Shown piece by piece: positions 36,490 through 50,611 of a stretch of 64,000 nt of DNA. The DNA comes from Leucoraja ocellata (taxonomy: Eukaryota): assembly GCA_036785375.1 (NCBI GenBank), contig JAWMAR010000006.1, positions 7,564,001-7,628,000 of the forward strand. Reading direction: 5' to 3'. The notes under the pieces were generated by a model. The model saw nothing but the letters and a program-made list of their open reading frames with translations, ran no database searches and had not been told where the DNA came from. Both the position numbers and the translations under genes were made by a program. Position 1 is the first letter of the stretch. Every line of letters begins with the position of its first letter.

Positions 36490-39400
36490 TGGTTTAAAAA
36501 GTTTATTATAAATGTTAAAGAAACAGGCCTTGATCACCTTAAATTGTATGGTTATAAAATCCTTTGTTAACAACATTAAGATATTAGTGTGTGAGAAGAC
36601 TAAACAAAGAGCAATGAATGCTCAAATATTACAAAAAAATATTAGAAGTGTTTTAAATACATGCATCATATGCATAATAGTAGTGGACTATAATAGATAA
36701 TTACCAAATGCATTAGAAAACAGTGGAACCATTGCAATGTTAAGGCAAATACAACACTTGATAAATAAAAGATGGACTTCAACCTCTCCCACCTTGCCCC
36801 ACAAAAGTATGGCATCTTTCATTAATCAGCTTAACTATATTAAAAACATACCATAGCTTTTCTCATATAACTCAAAAGCTTCTTGAAACAATATACTGAT
36901 GAGTTCAGTTGCACCACAATAGTAAAAAAACAGGATCCAGTGGTTAGGTGAGGAAACCAAGTAGCAACAAGCATCCAAATACAGGTTAGGGTAACCACTT
37001 ACCCCAAAGTGAGGCATTGCACCCACTGAAAATGACTTTAAATTGGTGAACCTCAAGTTTTAACCTCTTCTCTGAAGCAAATACATGTAGACGATTAAAA
37101 AAATATTTTACTCAAATTATCCTTCAAATATAAATACCTCAGAATTTAATAGATTGCATTTGTATGAAAGTTCAAAGCTCAGGAAGTGGAACTTGCTGTT
37201 CCACAGAGTGGTTAACACCATGAGATGTATATTAAAAAAGGATGCCAATTACTGTAAGATAGGAACAGGTCACATTGAAAATGCTTGATGAAATCGGACA
37301 ATTTGGAGTACAAACACCAAAGGCATGATGGATCAAACAACAGCCCATAAAAAGGCTAATATTTTGCAGCATATTTTGTTGGTTTGGAAAGGCTTAGCCT
37401 CTCACAGTGCATGTGAAATAATTTAATTATGTGCACTAATTTACAGATATTTTCTCAGGCTGGTTTGGTTAAAGGTTGGCCCACATTTTCTTTCAGAATC
37501 GTATAACTTTTGTTCTTCTAAACACATGCTATACTTCCATCCCATTAAGATTACATTCTTCAAATCTGGAAGATGGCTGGTGTTAAATAAATTGTGCATG
37601 TCCTCTCCAGGGTCAATGCTTATTTTTTAATTCTCCCGACATTCACGCAAGGTATAAGCCAGAAACGGGGCTGTTTGGTGAATAATGTAAGCTCACGTCA
37701 GTGAGGTTCCAGATATATAGAACAGATAACTGAATTGCCTGAAATGAATTTCAGGAGAGCTGTGCAACATTATTCCTTTTCCATGCCCTTATTATTCACG
37801 TATGTTGGGCGGTCTATGGGTATGAGGCAAGAAATATTTCTAGCAGACCAATACACATTTTGAGTAGTTGGTGGAAAGGGTGTATTTTTTGCCTAAATAA
37901 CCAATTCCCATACTTTATTGAGTGCTGTAAGAATGGAGTATATTCAGTGGAAATGTACATTTCAAGCCTTTTGAACTCTAGTTATGACTTCCTAATTCTC
38001 AATCTCCGGAGTTCTGCACGGAATGGCGTACAATATCAGTTTGAAAAAGTCATTCCAAAGAGCTTATCTTTGCTGTACCAAAACAATCAGCTTAAAATGG
38101 AACAGGACAAACAACTAGACTTATGAATAACCAAAATTATTTAACATACCCCTGGACAGTTTAAATATTATCCCACAGTAAGACTTGCTGTACCTGCAAG
38201 TAGTGCCAGGAATTGTAGCACAAAGTGCCATAAATGTAGTCACAAGCTAAAGTAATGCAAGGCAGTGTTCATCCAAATTCAAATCGTATTAATCATTGTC
38301 ACTACTGTGCTCAGCTCTAAGTTGATAAGCTGTTAGCTTGCTAGTGTACTCCATTTTATTGCAGAGGTTGGATTACAGGATAAACAATAGGTGAGAGATA
38401 GGAGTACAAATTTAGTGAGTGCTGCAATGTAGAAAATGCAGCAGCCAATTTGTATACAAGTTTCCACAGTCAGCAATGCAACAATGGTCGTCGTGTTGGG
38501 GAGAGGATCCACAGAAATGGGCAAGTAATGCGAAATATGAGTACTCTAAGACTGAACAATCATTGTTATGCTACAATTCTCCTGAACTGGGGGGGGGGGG
38601 GGGGGGGGAAGGGGAAGGGGGGGGGGGGGGGGGGGCGGACAGTTGGCACATTAAACTCATTTGAATCTGTTCATGTTGGTTGAAGATGTACCCGTGTCCA
38701 ACTGTGCCATCTAAACCACATGTTTGATATTCTCCAGAAATGCATTGTATTTAAAAATTGGTATGGTCAATTGATAAATAAGCAGAATATTTAAAGGTGC
38801 ATTGAGTGCTCAGCTGAACAATCATGGGTTTTGAAATGTGTGTCGACACAATGTAATACTTAAAATGCAAACATTGAGTGCAACCACTTTACTAGTACAT
38901 TTTGTCCAGTATCTGTCTCATCCACTGTTTAAGATTCAAGTCTTAAAGCAATAAGATTGGTTTGCATAATGGCTTGTATAATGATCTAGCTCACAGGATA
39001 AGTTAATATTTTGCTAAACATATTGTAGGGTAGGAAAAAAGCAAATCCTGACATTTGACCATCAGAACGTAGTGAAGCGTTTTCTCTCTATTATGCATCA
39101 TGGCAAAATGACATGGCAATCTTGCTGACAATGCAAATAAGTCCTGAATACGTAACAGGACTAAAAGCAAAGTATTACAAAATCTGCTTGAAGCAAAAAC
39201 AAATCACGTGATCAGAGTGGATCTATATGAGCATAGTATTTAATTGTTCAGTGGATTTTTTACACTTGGATGCCTTGCTATAGGAATAGTATTGTACCCA
39301 AACAGCCCGAGAATAGTTAATGCCCAAGTGAATTGGCGTTTCAAACCAATTAACAAAATTAATTTCCTAACTGGAAAGCCTTGAAATGTTTTTAATGTTT

Positions 39401-41593
39401 ATTATTGCATGGAAAATAATGCAATTATTAACGTAAATAGTGTTAAATGGACATTTCAGCTTAGCATTAAGCATTAGCATCAACGTGAAGTCGCATGGTG
39501 CATGACATAGAAACTCTTTACACATTACAACAAAAACAAAAATGTAACTTTCCTTATAACAAAGCTCAAAGAAAATAAATGTTACATTTAATTCTGGTTA
39601 CATTTAATTTAAATTTGATTAAGACATTATTGCAGTATCAAAATTGGAATGCAAAGACCCAGTGAAATACTTTAGCTGCAAATGGTACAAGGGATCATGG
39701 CGGTGGAGGAAGAGGCAGCAGCAGTTTCAGAGAAATTAATACGGTACCATAGACTGCAATGGATCCTCTGGCACAATGAAACCTCACTGAACCTACTTTA
39801 ACACAACTTGCGCAACAGTAATCCTCAAATTCCCAAATTTTGAGCTGGCATTAGAAAGTTTCTATTTGGTGGCCATTCCTTTCACAAACAGGAGGGATAA
39901 TCCTGAACGTCACAATGACATGCATTATATTTAAGATCCTGAAGACCTATTTGCATGTAGCTGGTTTGGCAGAGGTCGGTGGGGGAAGTGGGAGAGGATT
40001 GGAGAGGGCAAGTATCATTGCAATTAAATCTGACATCATGTCAGGTTTTAAGAGCAACTCCTGGATATACATGACATAACTTAAAGTAAATCTGCAAATA
40101 AGCAATGTTTGCCTTATTAGAATACATAGCTTTCCAATTGGTTTAAATAAAAGAAAACTAGTGAAATGGTCTACAGTCATCTGCAAGAGGTCGAGTTAGG
40201 TTCAATAACTTGTGAATGCTGAGTTTGCAGGACAAGTGGAAGGACCCTTTTAGTTTGAAATCAAATATTCACATTATATTGACAATTGTAACAGTTCAAA
40301 ACTTGGTTCTAGGGCAGTCTTGACTCAGTTTGAGCCTGGTATCTCTGTTGTTAGTTTTGTAAGACGTCTTCAAGTAGAACAACAGGTAAGACTTTAATTT
40401 TATCTACAGGCACATGAAACCTGCCACTCAAACCAAAACCCGCCCATAACTATGTGAATGTCTAAAACGTGTTTTCCTGATGACTTTGTGCAGCAATTTA
40501 AAAGAATATATATTGCACTAGTGAGATTCAAAAGAAGTCCCATTTCATCTCATTCTTCCCAAATTACAACACCACATCCTTGTCATGGCACCCAAACCAG
40601 AAATACAGTAGTTTACCTGCAGGCAATAAAAATGGTCCACATCACTGAAATAAACCCAAAGTCAGAATGTCTCAAAGGAAATACAAGACCTGCCCATTGG
40701 ACTCCTGAAAGTTGCAGCTTAACTTAGTTAAGACAGGAGCAGTACGAGATTTGCCAAACACCCAACATCATCTCCTCAATGCAAAGAACAAAGTTGCTCA
40801 GAGAATATAAGTTTCAATTCACATATCTGTGCCCATTAAAATCACTGTAATCATTGATACAGGTCTTCTGAAAATTTCTCCAGTGAATGTCAACTCATGC
40901 AAATAGGGAACACTAATCTGGTCTATGTAACAATTTTACACTAATTATTAGGAAGGTCTCTTCACAAGAGTCTGCACTGACAGTAACCCAGTTATCCACA
41001 GATTATCTGTTGATAGACACAGCCACCACTCCCTTCAACAAGATCCAAATAATTTTAACAACGGTAACGATAAAAGTGGGGAAGTGAGAATAACATTTTC
41101 CTTAGTATTCCTTTGCTACAAATTTGTTCTAAAATCTTAGTGCATAACGGTGAAGAGTTTTTTTGGGGGCAGGGGAAGGAGGATGGAAGAGAGGAATTGA
41201 ATCTTATCCAAAATAAGAACATCTTTCCAAACGTCAATACCCACCCTGCCATTCACAATTTAGAAGTGCTGAAATAAAGCATGGCCATGACCTCTAGAGT
41301 CATGATGGTCAATAGTGTTGGGAAGTAAATGGGGTTCATTAGAGGTACACAAGTGTAGCAAAGGCAATGTCAAAAGCAACATGCACTGCTTGTGTGATTG
41401 AGAATCCATTACAAGGTGAATTTCATTCACATTCAACAAAACCCCATAATAAGAGGACTAGAAATAAAGATTCAATCAGTTCTGAATCTCAGACACCAAA
41501 GTTTGTGAATTGCAGCTGAAGCCAGCTCCCAATGTGGCATAATTCCATTTGATGAACTAGCTAAGAGGTTCAAGTTTTTCAGTGTAATGGCAC
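36490..41593 (-). other. DAPK3: Probable long 3' UTR of DAPK3, with AATAAA at 36502-36507 (alternatives near 37788 and 39398)
   Basis: About 5 kb of AT-rich sequence with no recognisable SINE or LINE directly after the stop codon. Repeats resume just beyond the AATAAA. Confidence 0.55.
38588..38636 (+). repeat. Poly-G tract (poly-C in the DAPK3 3' UTR)
   Basis: Two G runs of about 20 nt joined by AAGGGGAA. Confidence 0.9.
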
Positions 41594-42136
41594 CTAGCGC
41601 ATTCCTCCATGTCGCCCGTTGCTACCAATCCCTCCTTGCATTCCCTCCTGCTCTACAGACTTCAGGAGCTCCCCAACCCACTTCAATTCTGCAGTTAATG
41701 CATCATAACGATTTTCTAGTTTGGTATATTTCCGCTTTAAGATGTTGGTGGACAACATGGTTGACTTGACTTCATCCTGTGCCTGTTTCCTCAGGGTTTC
41801 TGTCTTGCGTAACTCATTTTTAATGTGCCCAAGATCTTGGCTGATGCTTTCATTCTCTTCCTTATACCAAGATTCCTTCTCATCATAAATGGAAACGAGA
41901 GCATCAATGTCCTCCTTGAAGGATTTCTTGTTTCGCACCAGCTCCTGAATGCTTTCTTCGACGGCAGTGATTTCTTCAAGGACTTTGGAGAACCTTTCAA
42001 AGTTGACATAGGTATTGTTTGGAGGCATGCTGGAATGTGATTTGATTGTGTACTCCTTGAGTCGAGTCGTCTTCAGTCTACGGCGCTCTGGTTTCTTGCT
42101 ATTATCCTCCCGCCTCACATTCCTTCTCTTGATCAC
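41594..42136 (-). CDS. DAPK3: DAPK3 final coding exon (VIKRRNVRRED...ERRRLKTTRLKEYTIKSHSS...coiled coil/leucine zipper...GGMR*)
   Basis: ZIPK-specific RRRLKTTRLKEYTIKSHSS motif and C-terminal heptads. Acceptor gctaaag; TAG stop at 41594-41596. Confidence 0.97.
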   Translation of the reverse strand: MIKRRNVRREDNSKKPERRRLKTTRLKEYTIKSHSSMPPNNTYVNFERFSKVLEEITAVEESIQELVRNKKSFKEDIDALVSIYDEKESWYKEENESISQDLGHIKNELRKTETLRKQAQDEVKSTMLSTNILKRKYTKLENRYDALTAELKWVGELLKSVEQEGMQGGIGSNGRHGGMR

Positions 42137-42869
42137 CTTTAGCGGGATGAAGAGGAATAAGTTGTTAGGTTGTCCATTTCTGAATTAATTAAGCCCAGTC
42201 TGTGCTGTAGGCAAAGCAGCTGAATGCAGCTTGCATGTACTGGGTACACACACACACATTTGTAAACTTGACAATGTTGGCCAACCCCCAATCTTGCCTC
42301 CTTTGTAAACAATCTCTATACCTACATCAATTTAGTTTGTTCTGCTAATCAACTCTGGCCTCAAGTTCCACAGTACCCATATTAAACTTCTATCTATATT
42401 GTCAAATCCCTTTTGTCCCATTTCTAGGGCTTGTGCTAGGACTTCAAACGTTCAAGATTGCATTCCTACATTTTAAGTTTTTATGACGCTCAGATACCTG
42501 GTCATTAAATTCTGGAATTCACCCTTCAGCAGTTAACCTTTGACACTGCTCCTTTAACACAGAACATTTTGGCTAACTATCTTGATATCCGTGGCGTCAG
42601 AAATCATATTTTCAAAAACAGTAGGAAGAAGATTTACCATATTAAATGGGTAAAATAGTACAAATGTTTGCTCTGTTGTAGTACTTAACTGGCCCCGGTA
42701 GATGGAGATAATGGTGCTCCAGGGTGAATCTCACTGCTTAAACTCTTTTTTAGCAGCACTTTTCAATATCTACTTCGCAACAGCACAACCAAGTGCCTTT
42801 CTCACAAAATGTCAACAGAAGTTGATTTCTTCTGCGACTTCTGTAACTCAGCTGCATAAAAAGGATTAC

Positions 42870-42915
42870 CTTAATCCATGGATGCTCAAGGCTATCACCA
42901 ATGGTCATTCTTTTT
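42870..42915 (-). CDS. DAPK3: DAPK3 coding exon 7 (K-KRMTIGDSLEHPWIK)
   Basis: Kinase subdomain XI. 46 nt, canonical splice sites, phases fit the neighbouring exons. Confidence 0.95.
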
Positions 42916-43417
42916 CTGAAAGAAAAGTGAGAAATATGAAATCACATAAGCATTGCTGGATGGCAAGTCCCTGTATTCCATCACCGCTGACCTCACATCA
43001 CTCACTGGCTGCCATCTTTCATGGTTTCTACCAGTCAGATGGACGTTATCAGACTATGAGGTTAGAGTATCACCGTTTCTGATCATCTGATTGCCTACAT
43101 CAGCCTGAACCTCAAACCACTAACCTATTTTACAAGCAATAAATGTCATGAAAATTAAGCATCTAGTAATTGCAAATATCAACTGCTTGTGCACCCGATT
43201 CATGAAATGAGCAGCTGATGGGTGGTGGCAATGTTTAATTTGGGTAGACACGCAAGCCCCTCACAGAATATAATTTTCAATAAAATAATTAAGTAAAATC
43301 GTCAAGTGGGAAATAAAATCTGAACGATAAATCAGCGTTCACTCTATTCAGTACAAGCAGGTTTTACTTTTCCAATTTCCTATCATTAATCACTAATTTG
43401 GCAAAAAGCATTTCTTA

Positions 43418-43579
<162 letters not shown>

Positions 43580-44465
43580 TTAGGAGAAAAAATTACTTAT
43601 TATCAGCACATCACTCCATCAAACATCTCTTTTGAAGACATATTTCTAAAGGAAAGTACACCATTGAATCATAATAAATGCAACTAATTTAAACGTAGTG
43701 CGGAAATGTTTCGGATTAATTGCTAATTTTCAGGGAATTGAACTGGGAATTACATGTCTGGTAAAGTTGGCAGATATCTGAATCATATGTCAGCTTAAAG
43801 GTCAGCAGAACAAATACAAATTGACTGCATTAGTTTACCTCATTGACAGAAGACACAAGGAAATACTTTAACCACAATAATTCCCAGCAGTAAAAATAAT
43901 ACATTTACAAGCAGGACATTGATAAATTATTTGGAAATTACTTTGAGATTCAATTACATAGGGTGATGAGAGAATCCAAGATAGTTTATCAAAGGACAGA
44001 TATGATTTAAGGAGAAATATACAGACACTCCCAATGGAAGGTCACGTTCTGTAAATCCTAACACATCAGATTTTTACATAATTCGGAATCACCTTAAAAC
44101 TAGGTATAAACAAAAGACCTGATTAGTACATAAAATGACAAAGTTCTGTAGCATCTCAGCAGGTCAGGCAACATCTCTGGAGAGCATGGATAGCTGATGT
44201 TTTAGGTCGGGGCCTTTCTTCAGACATTGTTGAAGGGGGTGGGGGTGGGGGGGATGTGGTGGTGTGAGGTGAGAAAGCTAGAAGAGAAGAGGGGCAGGAC
44301 AAAGCCTGGCCGGCAATAGGTGGGTACAGGTGAGGGCAGGTGGTGGGGGTTGATAGACAAATAGTTGGTTAAAGGCCAGAGATGAATAAGACCAAAGTTG
44401 TATGACAAAAATATTGAAGTTGAAAATTGTGAAGCTGGAGAAAGGAATGTAGGTGGTATACTTAC

Positions 44466-44492
44466 AGAATATAAGTGATAACACCAATGCTC
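44466..44492 (-). CDS. DAPK3: DAPK3 coding exon 5, a 27-nt microexon (W-SIGVITYI-L)
   Basis: Completes kinase subdomain IX (DMWSIGVITYILLSG). tgatgcag acceptor, gtaagt donor. Confidence 0.95.
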
Positions 44493-45026
44493 CTGCATCA
44501 AAGTAAAAAGATATTGGTTAGTTTTACAATATTCTGAATAAATCTCAATACATGTATAATCAACAATAGGTTGCATGACATGCAAGGTTAATTTAGTCAG
44601 AAAAATCATGGTAAATGTAAATGTGTACTCAGTAAAGATAGCATTAAAAAAAAAAGGCTATCTATTTAGAAGCAGAGCAGCAAAATGAGACAAAAGGGTT
44701 AACTTATTGGGAGAAAGGATGTTTAAACTGGCAGTTTGAGAATATAGGTTATTACAGTGCCATGTAGAGCGTCTTCAGAAGTGTCCATTCTTCTTGTAAA
44801 CTATTAGAGAATGGCACAGTTGAAAGTAAGCCAAGGTCATGGCTTGACTTAGAAATGAGGCTGTGGAGTTGGATACCCATTGCTCCCATCGCACGCACAC
44901 TAGTTGCAAGAGCCATTACCTTTAATCGGTACCCAATAGAACTGTATTGCAGCATATATTGACACATTTAAGAGCAGAGGAGTAAACGATAAATCTTTAT
45001 TAATATAAACTAAGTGTTGAACTTAC

Positions 45027-45075
45027 CACATGTCTGCTTCCAAAGCCAATGGTTCATAATTAACTATTTCAGGGG
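45027..45075 (-). CDS. DAPK3: DAPK3 coding exon 4 (A-PEIVNYEPLALEADM-W)
   Basis: APE motif. 49 nt, ctttttag acceptor, gtaagt donor. Confidence 0.96.
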
Positions 45076-45552
45076 CTAAAAAGAAAGATAATACTCAATA
45101 AGCTGTTATTTATCAACAAACTATCCATGTGCTGCAATGACTGGAAAGGGAGAGGAAAAGGAGGAAATGTGAATCGTATGATGAATAATCACATGAATGC
45201 TTCTTTAGGGTCTCAAATACAGCCCCTCACACATGCCTGGACTGCTGTATCTTTGGAGGCCTGGTTCAGTCTCTCTTAACGTCCAGACCTCAATCATTAC
45301 AGGCCGAGGCTGTTGACCTAGGCCAGATCTCAGAATCTGTTGCTTGCAGTGCACGAGAGGAGACATCCATACTCCATACTCAGAGAAAAGATAACACCCA
45401 AAAGCCAACATAAAATTGTTATGAATTTGTAGCTAAAGGACCAGCTTACATAGACTGCACTTGACACAACTGACTTATTACACAAGGTTCTCTACCCAGT
45501 CCATCCTCTGAACCCTCAAGAAAATTCTCTCACTTTATTGTTTGCATTCTTA

Positions 45553-45923
45553 AGCCCCTGTCCCACTTAGGAGGCCTAAACAGCAACCTCTGGTGACCTT
45601 GCCCGCCACCCAAAGTTTCCATGAGGTTACCGGAGGTTTTGGTCACTCTCCCTAATGGTTGAGGCTTCATCTAGGTTGCTGCTATCTTTTCATCATGTTT
45701 AAAACTGGCCTCGGCTAAAAATAAGTTTCAGTTTTAAAAATCAACAATTCTTTAGCCACAGGTCTAGTCAAAGCCGGTTTTCTTCATAGTCGAGGAAGGT
45801 TTTCATCATATGCATGGGAGGTGGTAGGAGGTTGCAGGTCACCTCGACCTTGATTGTTTTTTTTGGATGGCGGGCAAGGTCACCAGAGGTTGCTGTTTAG
45901 GTCTCCTGAGTGGGACAGGGGCT
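45553..45923. mobile_element. Harbinger-like MITE with TIRs of about 60 bp in a DAPK3 intron
   Basis: AGCCCCTGTCCCACTTAGGAGGCCTAAACAGCAACCTCTGGTGACCTTGCCCGCCA... is present inverted at both ends; flanks TTA and ATA. Confidence 0.85.
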
Positions 45924-46583
45924 ATAAAACAGCAGTCTCTAGTGGTCAGTGCTGAAATTACAGTTACACGTGGCTCTGGAAACCTTGCAAAATAAATGTG
46001 ATTTTTATAAGACTTAAACACACTATTGAAATTATATAAATTACTTGTTTCAAATAAACAATGGTTTTTTTAGGAACCATATTAAAAAATAGTACTAAAT
46101 CTTAAGTGGAAACATACAATTGTGCAAAATCGGGGAATTAAAAAATTTGGACAAAATATAAAAGAATTACTGAAAGGAAAATTAAGGGCACAAAATAGAA
46201 GTGCAACAGCAGTCAAAAGTTTCTGCAGCCATTTAGTGTTAACAAGAGAATTTTGGTCCTATAGAAAATGAATCTGAGAATTAATAATGGAAAGTAAAGA
46301 GATGGGAGATGAATCAAACTAGTTATTTGCATTAGAGAGCGGACTAGTAACCAGAAATTAGCTGTAAATTCAGAATCTGGAAGAACTAACCAAGGAAAAT
46401 ACAATTACAAATACTGAGCAAACTGTTTGTGCTACTGGCTGATAACTCCCTGGGACCTTATAGCCTTCAAAGTAGTAACTCACCACCATCTCAATCAACC
46501 CCCCTGCCATCAGTGTCACTAACATCTGAATTATAAAGTTTTCTCCTCAGAAATAGGGTGGCTAAATTTGAGAATTTAAACTA

Positions 46584-46787
<204 letters not shown>

Positions 46788-49700
46788 TTAAAAGATCGAT
46801 TAGGATAAAGATTTATGTTGTACATAGAGAATATAATGCCTTGAAAGCAAACGTTTACCTGATAACAAGTAAACTTGAAAGTTAATCTAAATACAATCCA
46901 GGTTAATGTATACATCAAAATCAAATTTCCTATTCATCTCTCTGAAACTCTCCTGGGAAATCCAGATTCTTCAGGTAATTCCAAAACCTTAAAAGCTCTT
47001 GTCTTAACAAATACAGTAGGATCAACACAATAACACAGTTAGGTTTAAGTAGGTTGCTAACCATACAGAAAATTTAAGATGTTTGAGTTCATTTGAAAGG
47101 TGTGTTCATTTGGCAATGTGTTCTTTACCCGAATTTAATGCTCCAATCTCATCATTAACAATTGTTTCATCATGTATCCCTCATTTTCAATGCTCTTAAG
47201 CACAGAACCCTCATAATAAATTTGCATTTGGCACTGATTAATGTACAATTTATTTTCTTAAGGAATCCTCTTAAAGAAAGTCAATTATAAAAAATCATAG
47301 CTAGGCTAAACAGTCTCTTAAAGTGCAAGATCACAAATGATCAACCTTTGGTCTCATCTCTGTTTAAGATAACCCCATTTGCCTCACCTCCAAACAAAGA
47401 TCCTTCCCTACGACAGACCTACTGCTATCCTATAGTTTTATAGCTACCTGCTCAACGACAAATTTCCCTCCCTGATTTCCCGTCAACATTTTCCCATTCT
47501 GCCCTTTATCAAATACTCAGTTTGCGGCCTTGAATTACCATCAAACTATTTCTGGAATGCTGTAGATTGAATCCATTATATATATTTGCACTCCAATTCA
47601 CCATTCTTGTTGCAAATTTTATCGTGTTCAGTTACAAGCTTAATATTCTCTTTGACCTATACTCCTGTGGCTTATCATTTTGTGTACAGTCCCTTGTGTT
47701 TATCATTATTTATATTGCAGCTGTGCTGTTATCTTTTCCTTGCTGTATTTCAACATTTTCCTCAAGCTGAAAGTGCACCACCCACCCCACTTTTATTTCT
47801 AAATCCTTACTTAGAGCTTGAAATTTTGTAATGTCAGGATATTCTACTCGGACTGAACGGAAATCTGTGCTGCCATTCTTCAAGCCTGCTCCACCATTCA
47901 AGTTCATGGCTGATCTTCTACCTCAACCTCTTTTTTCTTGCCTCGTGTCCCTTGATTCATGCTTTGAACGCAACCCATGCTCGATCATACAGAGTTTGAA
48001 GAATTTTAAATATTCACCACCTTATCTCCCTCATTTTGGTCCTACATGGCTTACCCCAGATTGAGAATAATTCTACACTCCTCAGCCAAGAGAAACCATG
48101 CTCCAATATTCACTTAGGTGAATCTCTAGTAAATGGCAAGTGATATTTAATCTCTCTAAACTCTAGGAAACAGAGGTGTAACCCAGTCCCCCCTCTTATA
48201 GCACGCTCATCACCCAGGAATTAGTCTGATGAAAGCATGGTGCCTTCCAGCAAGTGTAACCTTTGATAAGGAAGGTGAAAAACATATACAAAACTACAGT
48301 AATGCTGCAAGGTCTTATATAATGATAGAAAAAATAATTACTTGCACTCAAATTCTTACAGTAAAGGCAATATACAATCTTTCCTTGTTGCCCACAGTAT
48401 CTGCCACCTTGACACTCCTTTACACTCGAATCATTTCCTACATCACGATGCTTTAATCAGTTCTCACATCCCCTTTACATGCTTTGCACACAGGCAGCCC
48501 ACAATCAATTGCTGCATTCAGGATTCCCACACTTGCCCAACTCCAGCTATCCATTACAATTGCTCAAATTAAGGCTGCTATTAGAATTGGCTGCCTGGAA
48601 TGTGGGTCTTGAACTTGGCTTTCTCATGATGCAAACACGATGCAGGGAATTTCAGCAAATTCCGTACATTGCAGATACAATACCACCAATTTATTTTTCC
48701 ATACCATGTTAATTACACTCATTGTAAAAGCACAAACCCTTCCACTAAACGTTGTGCACTGCAGAACAAGGCCAGAAGGAAAAATGGTGGAATCAATTTT
48801 GTGTAATTAACAATGCATTGACTAACACAATATTCTGCAATCTTATACCACTGACAGAACTGGAGACATAGTGCTGGGACTGGAAGACAACTAATTGCTT
48901 AAACAAGTAAGGGCAAGAGCAAACCACTGCAAGTCAGTGGGCATATGGAATATGTTGTCAGAGACAGGAAGGGAAGCACGAGAGGGCAAATCAGTTTAAC
49001 TGCATTTATTGGAAGACCCTCAGGTAAAACACAGGAGCTTAGAGCATAGATTATGATATTGTTGCAACATTATTGAGAAAAGGCACAACTCAAGTGTTCT
49101 GAGGTATAGACGTTTCAGGCAAGACAGAGGGATGTGCTAAAAATAGGGAATGTTGCATAGCTCAGAGAGTGTGTTTCAACATTACTTAAGATTTCCTAGA
49201 GGGATCAGCCAGAGGCAACATGGGTTAAACACAGAAATAAGGGGCAGTCACTAATGGGTTATAATAAAGGCCGCATGATAAACGGGCAGAAATTTGAACA
49301 GATAAGTAGGCAGATTGCAGAAGGGTGTAAAGGCAATAGGGCTTCAAAATCCTTCAGGAAAATAACTGATATTGCAAGTCTGAAATTCTAAACTAACCCC
49401 ACCAATTGTTTTTATAATGCAATTTTCTATCACATGGTTCCTTATGAATGCAACTATCGTATTATAGCAGAACTACCTGCATGCAGATCATAATTTCAAA
49501 CGTATTTAGATATCCATGTGTATCATCTATATTACATGGTGAGACAAACCAAAATGGAACAAAGGGTATGGTTAAAAGCAAAATACAACAGATGCTGGAA
49601 ATCGAAACAAAAAAATAGAAAATGCTTCAAATACATATTAGATTAAGGGGCATCAGTAGAGAGATAACATCCCTGGTTGATGACTATTCTGGGAAATCTT

Positions 49701-50188
49701 AGAAATGAATAAAGTTTAAAAATAGCAGAGAAAGAGTGCAGTGGAAATAAAAAGAAAAGATCAAGATGGGATGGACACTAAGAGATTGAATGACACAAAC
49801 TGGGGCTGCTCCAAATTAAATAGGCAGTTAAAGTTAGCAAATAATCAGAGCTTGCATGAATAAATAAATGAAATTGAAATTAGAGAATAAACAATACAAG
49901 CTGGAAATTAGACACAAGACGAGATTGGTTGCTAATATAACATTGTAGAATTGGTGCCCTGAAGGCTATAATATGCCACGTCAGGAAATTTGGCTCATTG
50001 TGTTTGCCTTAAGCTTTGTTGGAAGGCAAGGCCAGATGTGGAGAGGTCTGGATCAGATTGAGATTTTGTCACAGGCAACTCAGGATCATCCTTGCAGAAA
50101 TGGTCAGCGGAGAAGCAAATAGCAGATTGTAAGATGTTACCTTAAAATAACATTGATTATAGTTCAATTATTTATGTAGAACGATTCA

Positions 50189-50611
<423 letters not shown>

